Positions 32,298 to 42,366 of a stretch of 64,000 nt of DNA are shown here, piece after piece. Position numbers and translations under genes: made by a program. Origin of the DNA: Bacteroidales bacterium (GTDB taxonomy: Bacteria > Bacteroidota > Bacteroidia > Bacteroidales > JAADJA01); assembly GCA_041393255.1 (NCBI GenBank), contig JAWKKM010000025.1, positions 6,850 to 70,849 on the forward strand, given 5' to 3'. The first letter of the stretch is position 1. Every line of letters begins with the position of its first letter. The notes beneath the pieces are model-generated. The model did not search any database. It was not told where the DNA came from and saw nothing but the letters and a program-made list of their open reading frames with translations.

Positions 32298-34085
32298 ATG
32301 AAACGAATAATAATATTGACAAGTTTATGCATAAGCTTAACAAGTTTTGTTAAATCGCAAAATTGCACACAGTGCGACAACTCTGGAAATCCTCCGGGCA
32401 CCTATGCCAGTGAAATAGGGCAAAACACTACAGCCGATGGTGATTGGTCATTTGCCGGCGGTTATTCAAGTCAATCATCAGGGGTTTTATCTTTTGCGTT
32501 TGGGGCAAATTGTAATTCAGATGGACCTTACTCTGTTACGCTTGGTCATTCAATTGAAGCTTATGGTCTACAATCAATGGTAATTGGAACCGGTGCCGGA
32601 AATGAAGAATCTGAATTATTAAAAAATTACAATTCACAATCTTTAATGATTGGGTTTGGTTCGGAAAAACCGTCATTATATGTTGGCCCCTCCTCACCTG
32701 GCCACACTGGATCCATCGGCATCGGCGACATAACCAACCCCCAGGCCAAGCTCCACATCAAAGCCGATAATGGCGAGCAGGCAGCCCTGTTCATCGAGCC
32801 TTACACTTTTGGTGGTACATACGATGCCGAACTTTGGATGGGCACCTCCGCTTACGGCCTCAGAGCCGCCTTTGGCAAATTGTACTTCAACACAGGCGGA
32901 CATTACATCTTCAACTCAGCGGATGCCAATGTAGGAATCGGGGTATTAGCCCCTGTTGAAAAACTCGAAGTCAACGGCAATATAAATATATCTAAAGGAA
33001 ACGCCCTGCTAACTGATCGGGTTCAGGGTACCGGTCAAAAAGGTTTAAACCTTGCCGGTCCATCCGGGATTGGTATTTATGTTGCCTACAATGGAAAAGT
33101 AGGAATTGGATTGACTAACCCATCTAACGAACTGGAAGTTAACGGCAAAATTAAAACTTCATCAATTCAGATTTCAACAGGCTACGGAAACGGTAAGCTT
33201 TTACAATCAGATGCTATGGGTAATGCCTTATGGTCAGATCCTGCATGGACGATAAGCGGCAGTAATGTATATAGAACAGTTGGAAATGTGGGTATTGGAA
33301 CCCCGGCAACTTCAAACAGGCTTGAAGTAGCAGGAACCGTAAATGCAACTAACTTCGTGGGTGATGGTTCAGGATTAACAAATATTTCAGGTGATAACCT
33401 GGGAAACCATGTAGCAACCCAAAATATTCAGATGAGTGGCAGATGGTTGTCAGGCGATGGTGGCGATGAAGGGATATATGTTAAGAATGATGGAAGTGTG
33501 GGGATTGGGTTATCCCCATCTTGCAATCTGGATGTTTCACAAACTTTTAAATGTGGTGAAATCCTCGGAAATAATTCGATATCTTCAGATTATTTTCAAA
33601 TTGCAGGAAGTACTAATACAGATGCCGCCAGTATTTTATTCGGTTGTGGTTCACAATATTCTGATTTAAAACTTGTATCAAATGGTATTGGAGGAATAGC
33701 TTTTTATACTAAAGATGCAGGGGTTACTTATCAAAGGATGACAATAAATAATAATTCTGTATTTGTGGGAACATCAGTTAATCAGGGTACTTTAACCGTA
33801 TATGGTAAAATTGATGCCGAAGAAATCGAAGTTCACGATATAATTTGGCAAGATCAAGTTTTTAAAGAGGACTATAATCTGAAAAGCATTTATGATCTTG
33901 AAAAGTATATAAAAGAATTCGGTCACTTACCAGATATACCCTCTGAATCTGAAATAGATGAGAATGGTGCAAACTTAGGTGACATTCAGGCTATGCTACT
34001 TCGAAAGATAGAAGAACTAACCCTGTATGTAATAGAGCTAAAACATGAAAATGAAAGGATTAAAAATTCCATTAATAAGAATTAG
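32298..34085 (+). CDS. cassette A gene 3: YadA-head-like / tail-fibre-like repeat protein with a C-terminal coiled-coil domain and no T9SS CTD
   Basis: 595 aa with a signal peptide. SxAxG-type head repeats are present (SFAGGYSSQSSGVLSFAFGANCNS). Fibre-type repeats include VGIGVLAPVEKLEVNGNI, VGIGLTNPSNELEVNGKI and VGIGTPATSNRLEVAGTV. The C-terminus reads DYNLKSIYDLEKYIKEFGHLPDIPSESEIDENGANLGDIQAMLLRKIEELTLYVIELKHEN. I recall that domain from Bacteroidota proteins annotated as tail fiber domain-containing. Confidence 0.7.
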   Translation: MKRIIILTSLCISLTSFVKSQNCTQCDNSGNPPGTYASEIGQNTTADGDWSFAGGYSSQSSGVLSFAFGANCNSDGPYSVTLGHSIEAYGLQSMVIGTGAGNEESELLKNYNSQSLMIGFGSEKPSLYVGPSSPGHTGSIGIGDITNPQAKLHIKADNGEQAALFIEPYTFGGTYDAELWMGTSAYGLRAAFGKLYFNTGGHYIFNSADANVGIGVLAPVEKLEVNGNINISKGNALLTDRVQGTGQKGLNLAGPSGIGIYVAYNGKVGIGLTNPSNELEVNGKIKTSSIQISTGYGNGKLLQSDAMGNALWSDPAWTISGSNVYRTVGNVGIGTPATSNRLEVAGTVNATNFVGDGSGLTNISGDNLGNHVATQNIQMSGRWLSGDGGDEGIYVKNDGSVGIGLSPSCNLDVSQTFKCGEILGNNSISSDYFQIAGSTNTDAASILFGCGSQYSDLKLVSNGIGGIAFYTKDAGVTYQRMTINNNSVFVGTSVNQGTLTVYGKIDAEEIEVHDIIWQDQVFKEDYNLKSIYDLEKYIKEFGHLPDIPSESEIDENGANLGDIQAMLLRKIEELTLYVIELKHENERIKNSINKN

Positions 34086-34087
34086 CT

Positions 34088-35515
34088 ATGAAAACAAAAC
34101 TTTCCTTATACATAATGTTACTATTTCCAATTTTACATCTGTATTGTCAGCCCCCTCAGGTTATATGGATACTTCCATCGTCGGGATCTCCAATTCCATT
34201 TGTTTATTCAGGTGGTGATGAATTTAATGGAGAAAGCCTTGACTTAGATAAATGGGATACACATGGAGGGCTTCATAATAGAAGGTGTAATTATGAAGTA
34301 CAGTATTACACAGATGAGAATATTGAGGTTTCAGATGGGAGCTTAAAACTAATTGCTAAACATGAAGATATTTTTGGTAAACCAATAGAATATGAGCCAG
34401 AGGATTATATTATTGGTGACTGTGGCGAACCAAATACTGCCCGGACCTGGCATTATACTTCTGGCAATATTTCCTACAAGAGGCCAATAAAATGGGAACT
34501 AATGGATTTTAGATGTAGGTTGCCAAATGAAGGACAAGGGCTTTGGGCTGCATTTTGGCAACATGGAGGAGTGCCGCCTGAGGAAATTGACTATATTGAG
34601 GCTAAAGGAGAAAGTCCGGAAGAAATACATGTTGCTATTCATTATCCAGATGGTTCATTGGATGGAGATTGGTGGGATTTAGGTTTTGACCTAACAAATG
34701 AATTGCGAGACTATTTATTTTTATGGAAACCTGGTATGGTAATTGCAAAATGTGAAAATATTCATGTTTGTTCGTATGATTTAACACCTGAATTGACAAA
34801 AGCAACACGTCCGATTATAAACCTTGCAATAGCTGGTAATGGTGATGTTCCCTTTTCGCCTGGCCCCAATGATGACACTGATTTTCCTGCTGTATTTGAA
34901 GTTGATCATATTCGATTTTATTCATTACTTGAAGAGGGCTCAATAATTGAAATCTGCAATTATTCCCAGGATCCTGAAGATATGACTTCATTATCTGGAG
35001 ATCAAATTACTTTGGGCGGGGATAATAATTGTCATTTTGAAATAAAGGAAAACGAGTTTTTAAGTGTAATTGCCTCAGATAACATATTGCTAAAAAAAGG
35101 GTTTCATGTTCATAGTGGAGGTAATTTTTCGGCACATATTGTGAACCTATATGATGACAATACTAAATCAGATAGCAGTTTGTTTTCAAAACATAAGACA
35201 GAACAATATTCTGCAAAATCAAATGATCAGGAAATATCGAATAACGACAAAAATGTTGTACAATCAATTGACCAATATAATTCTATTAAGATTTATCCGA
35301 ATCCTTCTCAGGGTGAAATCAATATTGAACTGTCAAAAGGGATAGAAAACATTATTTCAATTTCTTTATATAACAATAATGGTGAAGAAGTATTTGTTAA
35401 AAGAGAAATATTGTTATTCAATACAATATATATATCACATTTACCCTCAGGCTTCTATTTACTCAAAATCAAAACTTCTGACAAAGAATTAATTAACAAA
35501 ATAGTATTGAAATGA
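34088..35515 (+). CDS. glycoside hydrolase family 16 enzyme with a T9SS CTD
   Basis: 475 aa. The GH16 catalytic motif is EIDYIE (ExDxxE), with GLWAAFW upstream and an N-terminal EFNGESLDLDKWDTH. The CTD reads IKIYPNPSQGEINIEL...GFYLLKIKTSDKELINKIVLK. Confidence 0.8.
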   Translation: MKTKLSLYIMLLFPILHLYCQPPQVIWILPSSGSPIPFVYSGGDEFNGESLDLDKWDTHGGLHNRRCNYEVQYYTDENIEVSDGSLKLIAKHEDIFGKPIEYEPEDYIIGDCGEPNTARTWHYTSGNISYKRPIKWELMDFRCRLPNEGQGLWAAFWQHGGVPPEEIDYIEAKGESPEEIHVAIHYPDGSLDGDWWDLGFDLTNELRDYLFLWKPGMVIAKCENIHVCSYDLTPELTKATRPIINLAIAGNGDVPFSPGPNDDTDFPAVFEVDHIRFYSLLEEGSIIEICNYSQDPEDMTSLSGDQITLGGDNNCHFEIKENEFLSVIASDNILLKKGFHVHSGGNFSAHIVNLYDDNTKSDSSLFSKHKTEQYSAKSNDQEISNNDKNVVQSIDQYNSIKIYPNPSQGEINIELSKGIENIISISLYNNNGEEVFVKREILLFNTIYISHLPSGFYLLKIKTSDKELINKIVLK

Positions 35516-36069
35516 GGTGCGATATCAAAGTATTCATCATATGTGTAGTTTTATTAATTATGTTTAATAAAACTCTCCCTGCACAGAAAACAAAAAACAC
35601 AGGCTATTTCAATAATACTGATATTTCCTGGATCAAGGGTGTCGGGTCTGTCAAAAGATATACCATTTTTGTAACTAATGACGAATCCAATTGGGCAATA
35701 GTTACAGTAAACGGAATTAAACACAAAAGCTCCGTTTTTGGTATTGGAGCGGGGTATGAACAATGGGCTAACTCCTATACCATCCCTGCATTTTTAAGGT
35801 ATCAGTTATTTATTAAAGATATCAAACCTTCAATATTTGAATACATTGATGCTGGATATGCTTTCGGTTCTGCAAAAAAAGACCCTGAAGAAAAGGGCCG
35901 GTTTATTTTTAGCATTGGTTTGGGTACCAATATCAAAATTGATAAAGGTACTCATATTTCCCTTGCCTTTTTCTACAAACTGCAACATTTACTGGTTGAA
36001 AGTTACAATGGGGATTATACTACAAATTACAATTTCATTGGTTTGAAAGTTGGTGTTGCTTTCTACTAA
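35512..36069 (+). CDS. small outer-membrane beta-barrel-like protein
   Basis: 185 aa. It has a signal peptide, alternating beta-strand patterns and a C-terminal ...GLKVGVAFY. Its start overlaps the GH16 stop (ATGA at 35512-35515), suggesting translational coupling. Confidence 0.45.
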   Translation: MRCDIKVFIICVVLLIMFNKTLPAQKTKNTGYFNNTDISWIKGVGSVKRYTIFVTNDESNWAIVTVNGIKHKSSVFGIGAGYEQWANSYTIPAFLRYQLFIKDIKPSIFEYIDAGYAFGSAKKDPEEKGRFIFSIGLGTNIKIDKGTHISLAFFYKLQHLLVESYNGDYTTNYNFIGLKVGVAFY

Positions 36070-36100
36070 AACCAACCAGCTCCCACATTAAAGCTTTACA

Positions 36101-36550
36101 TCTCGGCGGGGTCTCCCCGCTCCGCCGTTTGAACTATCAATCTCAGATTGTATTTCCATCAATAAAATTCAGTCATATCAACCACCCAAGCATTCACCAC
36201 CCTCGGCAGAGTCTCCTGACTCCGCCGCTTGAAGCAGCAATCTCCGATTACAACTTAACCACCCTTGCTCTCCGAAGCTTTAGCGAAGGAGTGCCCCATC
36301 AAATCAATCGCCTTCTTCAAATACCGGTTCTCCTCCCGCAGCCTCTCAACCTCCGCTGTCAGTTCATCAATACGTTGGTCCTTGCCCTCCGTAGCTTCAG
36401 CGCAGGAGGGCCCTGCTTCTTTTTGGTGTTGTCACTAAAAAGCAGATTTTCCGATCCCTGATCTTTTTCAACCGATAACTTTTTTTTTCTTGCTTTTTGA
36501 TAAAACATATTTATCTTAGCCACACCAAAACAAAACAAAAACCGAATGGC
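36101..36550. repeat. R-block copy B (expanded), at the junction of cassette A and cassette B
   Basis: Two hairpin copies are present (CGGCGGGG-TCT-CCCCGCTCCG and GGCAGAGTC-TCCT-GACTCCGCC). On the minus strand there is a short coiled-coil-like relic DQRIDELTAEVERLREENRYLKKAIDLM (36296-36380). The GCCCTCC-N14-GGAGGGC segment follows and is near-identical to 29012-29165. Confidence 0.8.
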
Positions 36551-36666
36551 CGTGATTTTCAGTATAGGGTCAGTAAGTAAAATATTTTCCGCCAATGGAA
36601 ACATTGTTTTTTTCCCTTTTGGAATTTCGAAACTTAAATATTATAATTTCATCCTGTCCCTAAATA

Positions 36667-36820
36667 CCCCCCCCCTCAATAAGTTACAAAACCGGCAACT
36701 TTTTAAAGTGCAATTCCTATGTGCACCGCTTGTATTTATTTTGAAAATTTCAAAAAGCTAACAGCAAATGCCAACCAATCCAAGCAAAAAAAAAAAAGTA
36801 AAATTTAAAATACAAAATCA
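36667..36820 (+). promoter_or_regulatory. conserved leader/promoter block of cassette B, starting with a C9 homopolymer
   Basis: C9 at 36667-36675, then sequence paralogous to 29458-29602. An A12 run lies at about 36787-36798. Confidence 0.5.
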
Positions 36821-37885
36821 ATGAAGAGGAATATATTAATTTTAAGTATTGTAGCAGCGGCACTAATAATTGTGTTTTCCTGCTCCAAGGAATCATCAAA
36901 TAATGTTGATGCCGACAAAAACATCCAATTGACCGGATATGAAATCCTGGTAAACAAGAGCATAAAGGATTTCAAGCAGAAAATGGAATATGTACGCGCT
37001 AACCCGTACCTGAAAAGCGGCGAAAGTGTGCCAGCCGATTCTGTACTTTGGTACCTCGAGGCAACCATCAACTATTCCCATGGGTTTCCCAATGAGTATT
37101 ATCAAGAGTTTCAAACGGATTCCCTCACCCTTTCCATTGATAAAAATGAAGATGGAAGCGTGGATATGGCAGAACTTACCCAGGAGTATGACCTGATGAA
37201 ATCCGAAGTAGCTACGGCTTACAATGCCTCCACCTTTACTAATAAAGGGCTTACATTGATTGATTTGGAGGTAACTTCTGAAACAGATGAAGAAATTGTA
37301 ATTTCCGCAACAAGTATTACCGGAAAAATTAACCCAAACCCCGATACCACAAAGTGGTATAATGTAGGTAGTTGGGAATATGGTGAAAATGGCGGATATT
37401 GTAATAGTTCATTAGGTGACGGGGACGCCTCTGAGCAATTTCTTCACAGGATTTATTGGCTTATTGCCTCCAATGGTAAAACAAATACCTTCTTTGATGA
37501 AATACAAGTAGTAGATGTAAAAGGAGGCGACCCCGATTTCCTTGTTAACCCTTCCCTACCGGCTGATAACCACCTCGACTATTATCTCTATTATTCCATT
37601 GATGGAACACCCATATACTGGGATGAGGATATGCTGTGCATTCCAAATGCCGACATGAATGCTTACAATAATTCTATCTACACATTACTTTACGATTACT
37701 TGCCAAACGACTACCTTCCTGCAAATTATGGTGGCCAGAATTATTATATTATTTCTTGTTTGCAATTTTTTGATGGGAAAGGCCCTGCTTTTCCAGCAGG
37801 GTACGAGTATTATCATAAAGGAAAATTCGAATATGGGTATGATATTGAATATTCAGAAGGGAATTACCCAACCGAGATTGAATAG
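36821..37885 (+). CDS. cassette B gene 1: lipoprotein of unknown function (intact paralog)
   Basis: 354 aa. The lipobox is LIIVFSCSKE. I recognise no domain. It is Tyr/Asp/Asn-rich, with a C-terminus GYEYYHKGKFEYGYDIEYSEGNYPTEIE. Confidence 0.7.
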   Translation: MKRNILILSIVAAALIIVFSCSKESSNNVDADKNIQLTGYEILVNKSIKDFKQKMEYVRANPYLKSGESVPADSVLWYLEATINYSHGFPNEYYQEFQTDSLTLSIDKNEDGSVDMAELTQEYDLMKSEVATAYNASTFTNKGLTLIDLEVTSETDEEIVISATSITGKINPNPDTTKWYNVGSWEYGENGGYCNSSLGDGDASEQFLHRIYWLIASNGKTNTFFDEIQVVDVKGGDPDFLVNPSLPADNHLDYYLYYSIDGTPIYWDEDMLCIPNADMNAYNNSIYTLLYDYLPNDYLPANYGGQNYYIISCLQFFDGKGPAFPAGYEYYHKGKFEYGYDIEYSEGNYPTEIE

Positions 37886-37912
37886 TATATGGAACTCATT
37901 TAATCCTGAAAT

Positions 37913-39392
37913 ATGAAAAATCTACTATTTATTGTACTATTTATACCTTTGGTTTCTTTATCCCAGGTGGGATTTGAATATATACTGGAAGATACCATAG
38001 ATTCCAAGTGTTATTCAAGTTTTATGGATGACCAGGGCTATATTGTTTCTCTTGGAACGATTTATAATCCAACTTCTGATTTGTATGATGCATTGATCCT
38101 CAAATACCAGGATTCCTCAGATGTATTAGAGAAAAAATTTAATCCTGGTGGGATGAATTGCGGGTTTTGGTTTGGAAGCCAAAAAGAAAATGGAAACTAC
38201 TTTCTAATAGGTTTGACCTGGGAGCCATATTTTAGCTTGTATTTTGCAGAAGTGGACCAGGAATTGGAATTAGTACAGGAAACCTATTATCAGGTTCAAT
38301 TCGATTACCATTGGATAAATGTACAAGAATCCTTTGAGGATGAAAATAATACAATAATACTAACTGGCGCATTGTATAATGAAATTTATCAGCAATTAGG
38401 CATGTTCGTTACCAGGGTCAATAAAAATGGCGAAGTATTGAAAACAACAATAATAACAGATCTTTATTGTAACTCTGGCATAGAATTTATCAAAAAACTT
38501 GATGGTTCCGGATATTATTTGATAGGCACATCTCAGGAGGATATTATTATATTTGATAACGATCTTGATGTTGTTGATTACCAGTTTTATCCTGTCGGCA
38601 GTGTATTTAATACACCACTTGCATTGCGATGGCTTCCCGATGGAAATATTATGGTCGCGAATATGATAAATCAGGGAGTACCCGGTGCGTATTATGATAT
38701 CCGATTAAGGATAGTGGATGAAGGTTTTAACACAATAAAAGACACTACATTCTTCGATGAGGGTAAAAACTGGCCGGCTGATCTTAGCAGTCTCGACTAT
38801 ATTGACCCGGATAATATCTGGGTGGTTTCCCAGGAGAAAAGCTGGAAATCTTCTAAAGATGAATGGGAGCATGCAAGGGTATATATTGTTGATTCGGAAT
38901 TGAATGTGAAGGGTGCAAAATACTTTGCCGGTGAGCTTGAGGTTTATTTGTTTTCGACAAAAGTTTTGGAAGATGGGAGTTGCATTATCACCGGGATGGT
39001 GCCTAAAGCTGGAAAACCTACTGACTATAATGCATATATCCGAAAAATAATGCTCGATGATGTTTTAACCGCTGCCGAGGAAACTGTAGCAGAAGATGAC
39101 AGCGATGTCCTCCTCTACCCTGTACCTTTCGAAAAGAGGCTAAATATCGAAACTTACCGGAAAAATTTATCCCTTTCGATCTTCAACGAAAATGGGATTT
39201 GCATTATTGAAAAACAAGCTTTGCAAATTCCATATACTTACTAGAGATAATACGAATGATTTAATAAGCGGGGTTTACCTCTATTCTGTATATGACAAGA
39301 ACAAAGTCATAGAAACAGGAAAGATTGTTAAAAAAATAGATTTTATTTACCCGGAATATACATTTATTAACCTTAGAAAATTTATCAAATGA
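37913..39392 (+). pseudogene. cassette B gene 2: secreted beta-rich protein with a T9SS CTD, one frameshift inside the CTD
   Basis: ORF 37913-39244 (443 aa) and ORF 39192-39392 overlap out of frame. The CTD text is LLYPVPFEKRLNIE... then ...GVYLYSVYDKNKVIETGKIVKKI. The stop overlaps the start of gene 3 (ATGA at 39389-39392). Confidence 0.7.
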
Positions 39393-41236
39393 AAAATTTT
39401 ATAGCAGTTTTAGCAGTATTAGTCGCATTATCAGTTAATGCACAGGTAAATTATTACAATACCACCACAAATGGCACATACTCAAGTGCAATCGGTTTAA
39501 ATAATGATGCCGACGGGGCTAATGCCTTTGTAGGAGGCGGAAATTCAAAAGCACATGGCCAAAACTCATTCGCTTTTGGTAATTCGGCAGAGGCTACAGC
39601 AACTGATGCTATTTCATTGGGATTATCTGCCAAAAGTAACGGAGTAGCTTCATTTACAATTGGAAGTTATCTCACAGCTCAAGGGACTAACTCTTTCATA
39701 ATTGGAAAAGGAATTACTTCAATCTATCGTTTAAATAATACGATTCCGAATTCCATTATGTTTGGAATGAATGCAACAAAACCAACTTTATTTATAAGCC
39801 CGACTTACGGTCTTGATAAAACTGGAAAGGTAGCCATTGGGAACATGACCAACCCACAAGCCAAACTCCACATCAAAGCCGACGATGGTGAGCAGGCGGC
39901 CCTGTTCATTGAGCCTTACACTTTTGGTGGCACATACGATGCCGAACTTTGGATGGGCACCTCCGATTATGGGCTAAGGGCCGCTTATGGCAATTTGTAT
40001 TTCAATACCGATGGGCATTACATCTTCAATTCAGCGGATGCCAATATGGGCATTGGGGTATTACTCCCCACCGAAAAACTCGAAGTCAATGGAAAAGTAA
40101 AAAGTACCGGATTCCAGCTTATAAACGGACAACAAGGAGAAGGGAAATACTTAAGCAGCGATTCGGATGGTAATGCCAGTTGGGAGGAATTTAATATTAA
40201 CAGTTTCGAATGCCTTGCATCAGGTGAATATGCCAATACGTTGGGAAAATGGGATACAGCATCAGGGGATTTTTCTTTTGCCGGAGGAGTAAATACAAAA
40301 TCCGAAGGACATGTTTCTTTTGCCTATGGTGCCTGGGCCCAAACTTCAGGATCCCATAGTTTTGCTTTGGGTGTAGGAACTAAGGCGACAAATACCAGTT
40401 CATTTGCCATAGGAAGCAGATGTGCTGCAACTGCCTCCAATTCTATTGTCATTGGCAGGGGGTTAAGCGCTGATGAAATGTTGATAAATAACATCGATAA
40501 TTCACTGATGATTGGATTTAGTTCTGATAAACCTACTTTGCTTGTTACTTCGGCTTTTGGCAAAGGTTCCACCGGAAAGGTTGGTATCGGTGATATCCCT
40601 GAGCCACAGGCAAAACTTCATATAAAAGGAGGCCAGAACGAACAGGCCACGTTGTTTATTGAACCCTACGTTTTCGGTGGAACATACTATGCCGCGCTCA
40701 GAATGGGAACTGAGGATTACGGCCTTGTAACAACCTACGGACGAATGTCATTTAAAACCGGTGGAAACTACATCTTTGATTCGCCCGGTGCCTTTGTCGG
40801 AATAGGGACTAACTACCCAATTGCAAAACTTCATGTTACAGGAAACATTTTTATTGATGATCAAAACTCAGGCATTATTCTCAAATCGCCCGATGGGCAA
40901 TGTTGGAAAGGGATGATATCAAATGAAGGGGCATTAGCTTTTGAGCCTATTGATTGCGACCTCACAACCAATACCTCTCCAGAACCAGAATCGGCAAACC
41001 CACATGTAGTTATATTTCCAAATCCGACAAAAGACAATATCCGTATCCGCAAATCAGATCAATCTGTATTGTTTGCAAGCATAATTGATATGAACGGAAT
41101 TTTGCTTCAAACCATAGAACTGTTTGAAAATGAAACCGAAATATCCTTAAGTGGATTTTCTGCCGGATGCTACTTCATAAGGATAACCAATGAAAATAAT
41201 CAGTTAATAGTCAACGAAAAAGTAATCAAAAATTAA
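39389..41236 (+). CDS. cassette B gene 3: YadA-head-like / tail-fibre-like repeat protein with an internal duplication and a T9SS CTD
   Basis: 615 aa. There are two copies of a module made of head repeats, (K)PTL(F/L).., NPQAKLHIK..EQA.LFIEPY.FGGTY.A.L.MGT.DYGL and ..IF.S. The CTD reads VIFPNPTKDNIRIRKSD...CYFIRITNENNQLIVNEKVIKN. Confidence 0.75.
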   Translation: MKNFIAVLAVLVALSVNAQVNYYNTTTNGTYSSAIGLNNDADGANAFVGGGNSKAHGQNSFAFGNSAEATATDAISLGLSAKSNGVASFTIGSYLTAQGTNSFIIGKGITSIYRLNNTIPNSIMFGMNATKPTLFISPTYGLDKTGKVAIGNMTNPQAKLHIKADDGEQAALFIEPYTFGGTYDAELWMGTSDYGLRAAYGNLYFNTDGHYIFNSADANMGIGVLLPTEKLEVNGKVKSTGFQLINGQQGEGKYLSSDSDGNASWEEFNINSFECLASGEYANTLGKWDTASGDFSFAGGVNTKSEGHVSFAYGAWAQTSGSHSFALGVGTKATNTSSFAIGSRCAATASNSIVIGRGLSADEMLINNIDNSLMIGFSSDKPTLLVTSAFGKGSTGKVGIGDIPEPQAKLHIKGGQNEQATLFIEPYVFGGTYYAALRMGTEDYGLVTTYGRMSFKTGGNYIFDSPGAFVGIGTNYPIAKLHVTGNIFIDDQNSGIILKSPDGQCWKGMISNEGALAFEPIDCDLTTNTSPEPESANPHVVIFPNPTKDNIRIRKSDQSVLFASIIDMNGILLQTIELFENETEISLSGFSAGCYFIRITNENNQLIVNEKVIKN

Positions 41237-41258
41237 AAAATGAATAGTACCTTATGCG

Positions 41259-41428
41259 GGGGCTACCAATTCCAAAGGTTGAAATGACAAAACCTTTCCG
41301 AAAAAGAAGTATTATAAAACGGGATCAATGTGGGCGAAATGAATGCTTTGCTGCTACAAAAAATTGAGGAACTCACACTTCATATTATCGAATTGGAAAA
41401 ACGACTAAGTGTTGTCGAAAATAATTAA
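41259..41428 (+). pseudogene. relic of the tail-fibre C-terminal coiled-coil domain, orphaned downstream of cassette B gene 3
   Basis: It reads GYQFQRLK*QNLSEKEVL*NGINVGEMNALLLQKIEELTLHIIELEKRLSVVENN* (stop 41426-41428). This is colinear with the A3 C-terminus ..DYNLKS...IPSESEIDENGANLGDIQAMLLRKIEELTLYVIELKHEN.., but has internal stops and a deletion. Confidence 0.65.
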
Positions 41429-41435
41429 CATACAA

Positions 41436-41957
41436 ATGAAAATGGGTGGCAATTTAACGCTAATCGTAATAATAACACTTATTTGGTTAAATAGCTTTCA
41501 ATCAGTAGGTCAGTCCGATACTACTAAAACACGTAAAATCAAATTTGATTGGGAGCTTGCCCCTCCGGGTGCCGGTTTTAATTTTTCACTCAACAGTAAT
41601 AATGCGAATTCTTTTGGAATCGGAATAAGTATATTAAACCCAACCATAGCTATTGCCCCAGTTGAAGTTGCCCGAGATGATGTGTTATATAGTATTGATC
41701 TTATATACTGGAAGTTTTTTTATAGAAATCGAATCAATAAACGAATTGCTATGGAGTATTCTTTAAAACATGGCTTTTCAAATTTAGTTTACGGACCAAA
41801 TACAGACTTATTTACTCAATTGCTTGGTTTTCAATTTGCCATCAGTTTAGGAGTGCGAAAAGTTAAATATAAACCTTCCATTTCAGTTGTACGTTCATTA
41901 GAAATTCCAACAACCTTTGTTTATGTAATGCCATTGGTTTTTAATTTTAATTTATAA
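41436..41957 (+). CDS. small secreted/outer-membrane-like protein of unknown function
   Basis: The ORF track starts at GTG 41409, inside the relic; ATG 41436 (MKMGGNLTLIVIITLIWLNSF) is preferred. The protein is hydrophobic at the N-terminus and beta-rich, ending ..MPLVFNFNL. Confidence 0.45.
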   Translation: MKMGGNLTLIVIITLIWLNSFQSVGQSDTTKTRKIKFDWELAPPGAGFNFSLNSNNANSFGIGISILNPTIAIAPVEVARDDVLYSIDLIYWKFFYRNRINKRIAMEYSLKHGFSNLVYGPNTDLFTQLLGFQFAISLGVRKVKYKPSISVVRSLEIPTTFVYVMPLVFNFNL

Positions 41958-41967
41958 ATACGAAAAA

Positions 41968-42366
41968 ATGAAATCAATAATAACAACCTTACTTTTATTT
42001 GTTTTTAGCTTTGCTAAAACTCAACCGATAATACCTGAGATAATTAGTATCTATCCTCCTTACTTATGTCCGTTACTTTGTAACTGGAGTAATTGCCAGC
42101 CGCATCTACCATTTGGTGCTTTGAGCCAACAAAATGTTGACAGGGACATTAAATTTAAAGCAGCATTTGGCAAAGATTGCCTATACAAGGACAGCAAAAC
42201 CGGATGGAATAAACTTGAAGTGATAAGGAGAGCATTTTATCAACAAGAAAGATCGCTCCGTCTTGGTTGGCGTACAAATCAAACAACGGAAGAATTTGAA
42301 ATTGGTTTGTATGCCCATATTGATGGGAAAATAGAATCCGTTAATATGGATTTTCAACCCACCTAA
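41968..42366 (+). CDS. small secreted protein of unknown function, possibly nonsense-interrupted
   Basis: 132 aa with a signal peptide (MKSIITTLLLFVFSFAKTQ). After the TAA at 42364-42366 the same frame stays open for another 56 codons (GLTKSYWYYLRMAWHGMYVRAGDNSYCIKRKIFEPGVTYITALVGIYFG*). Confidence 0.45.
   Translation: MKSIITTLLLFVFSFAKTQPIIPEIISIYPPYLCPLLCNWSNCQPHLPFGALSQQNVDRDIKFKAAFGKDCLYKDSKTGWNKLEVIRRAFYQQERSLRLGWRTNQTTEEFEIGLYAHIDGKIESVNMDFQPT

Noticed and set aside
32729-32978. Possible DGR template/variable repeat pair (with 39845-40093).
   Set aside because: Mismatches between the copies are not restricted to adenine positions, both copies are inside coding regions of paralogs, and no reverse transcriptase is present in the window.
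32298-41236. Tail-fibre-like proteins as a sign of a prophage.
   Set aside because: No capsid, terminase, portal, integrase or lysis genes are present. The neighbours are lipoproteins and T9SS cargo, and one paralog carries a T9SS CTD.
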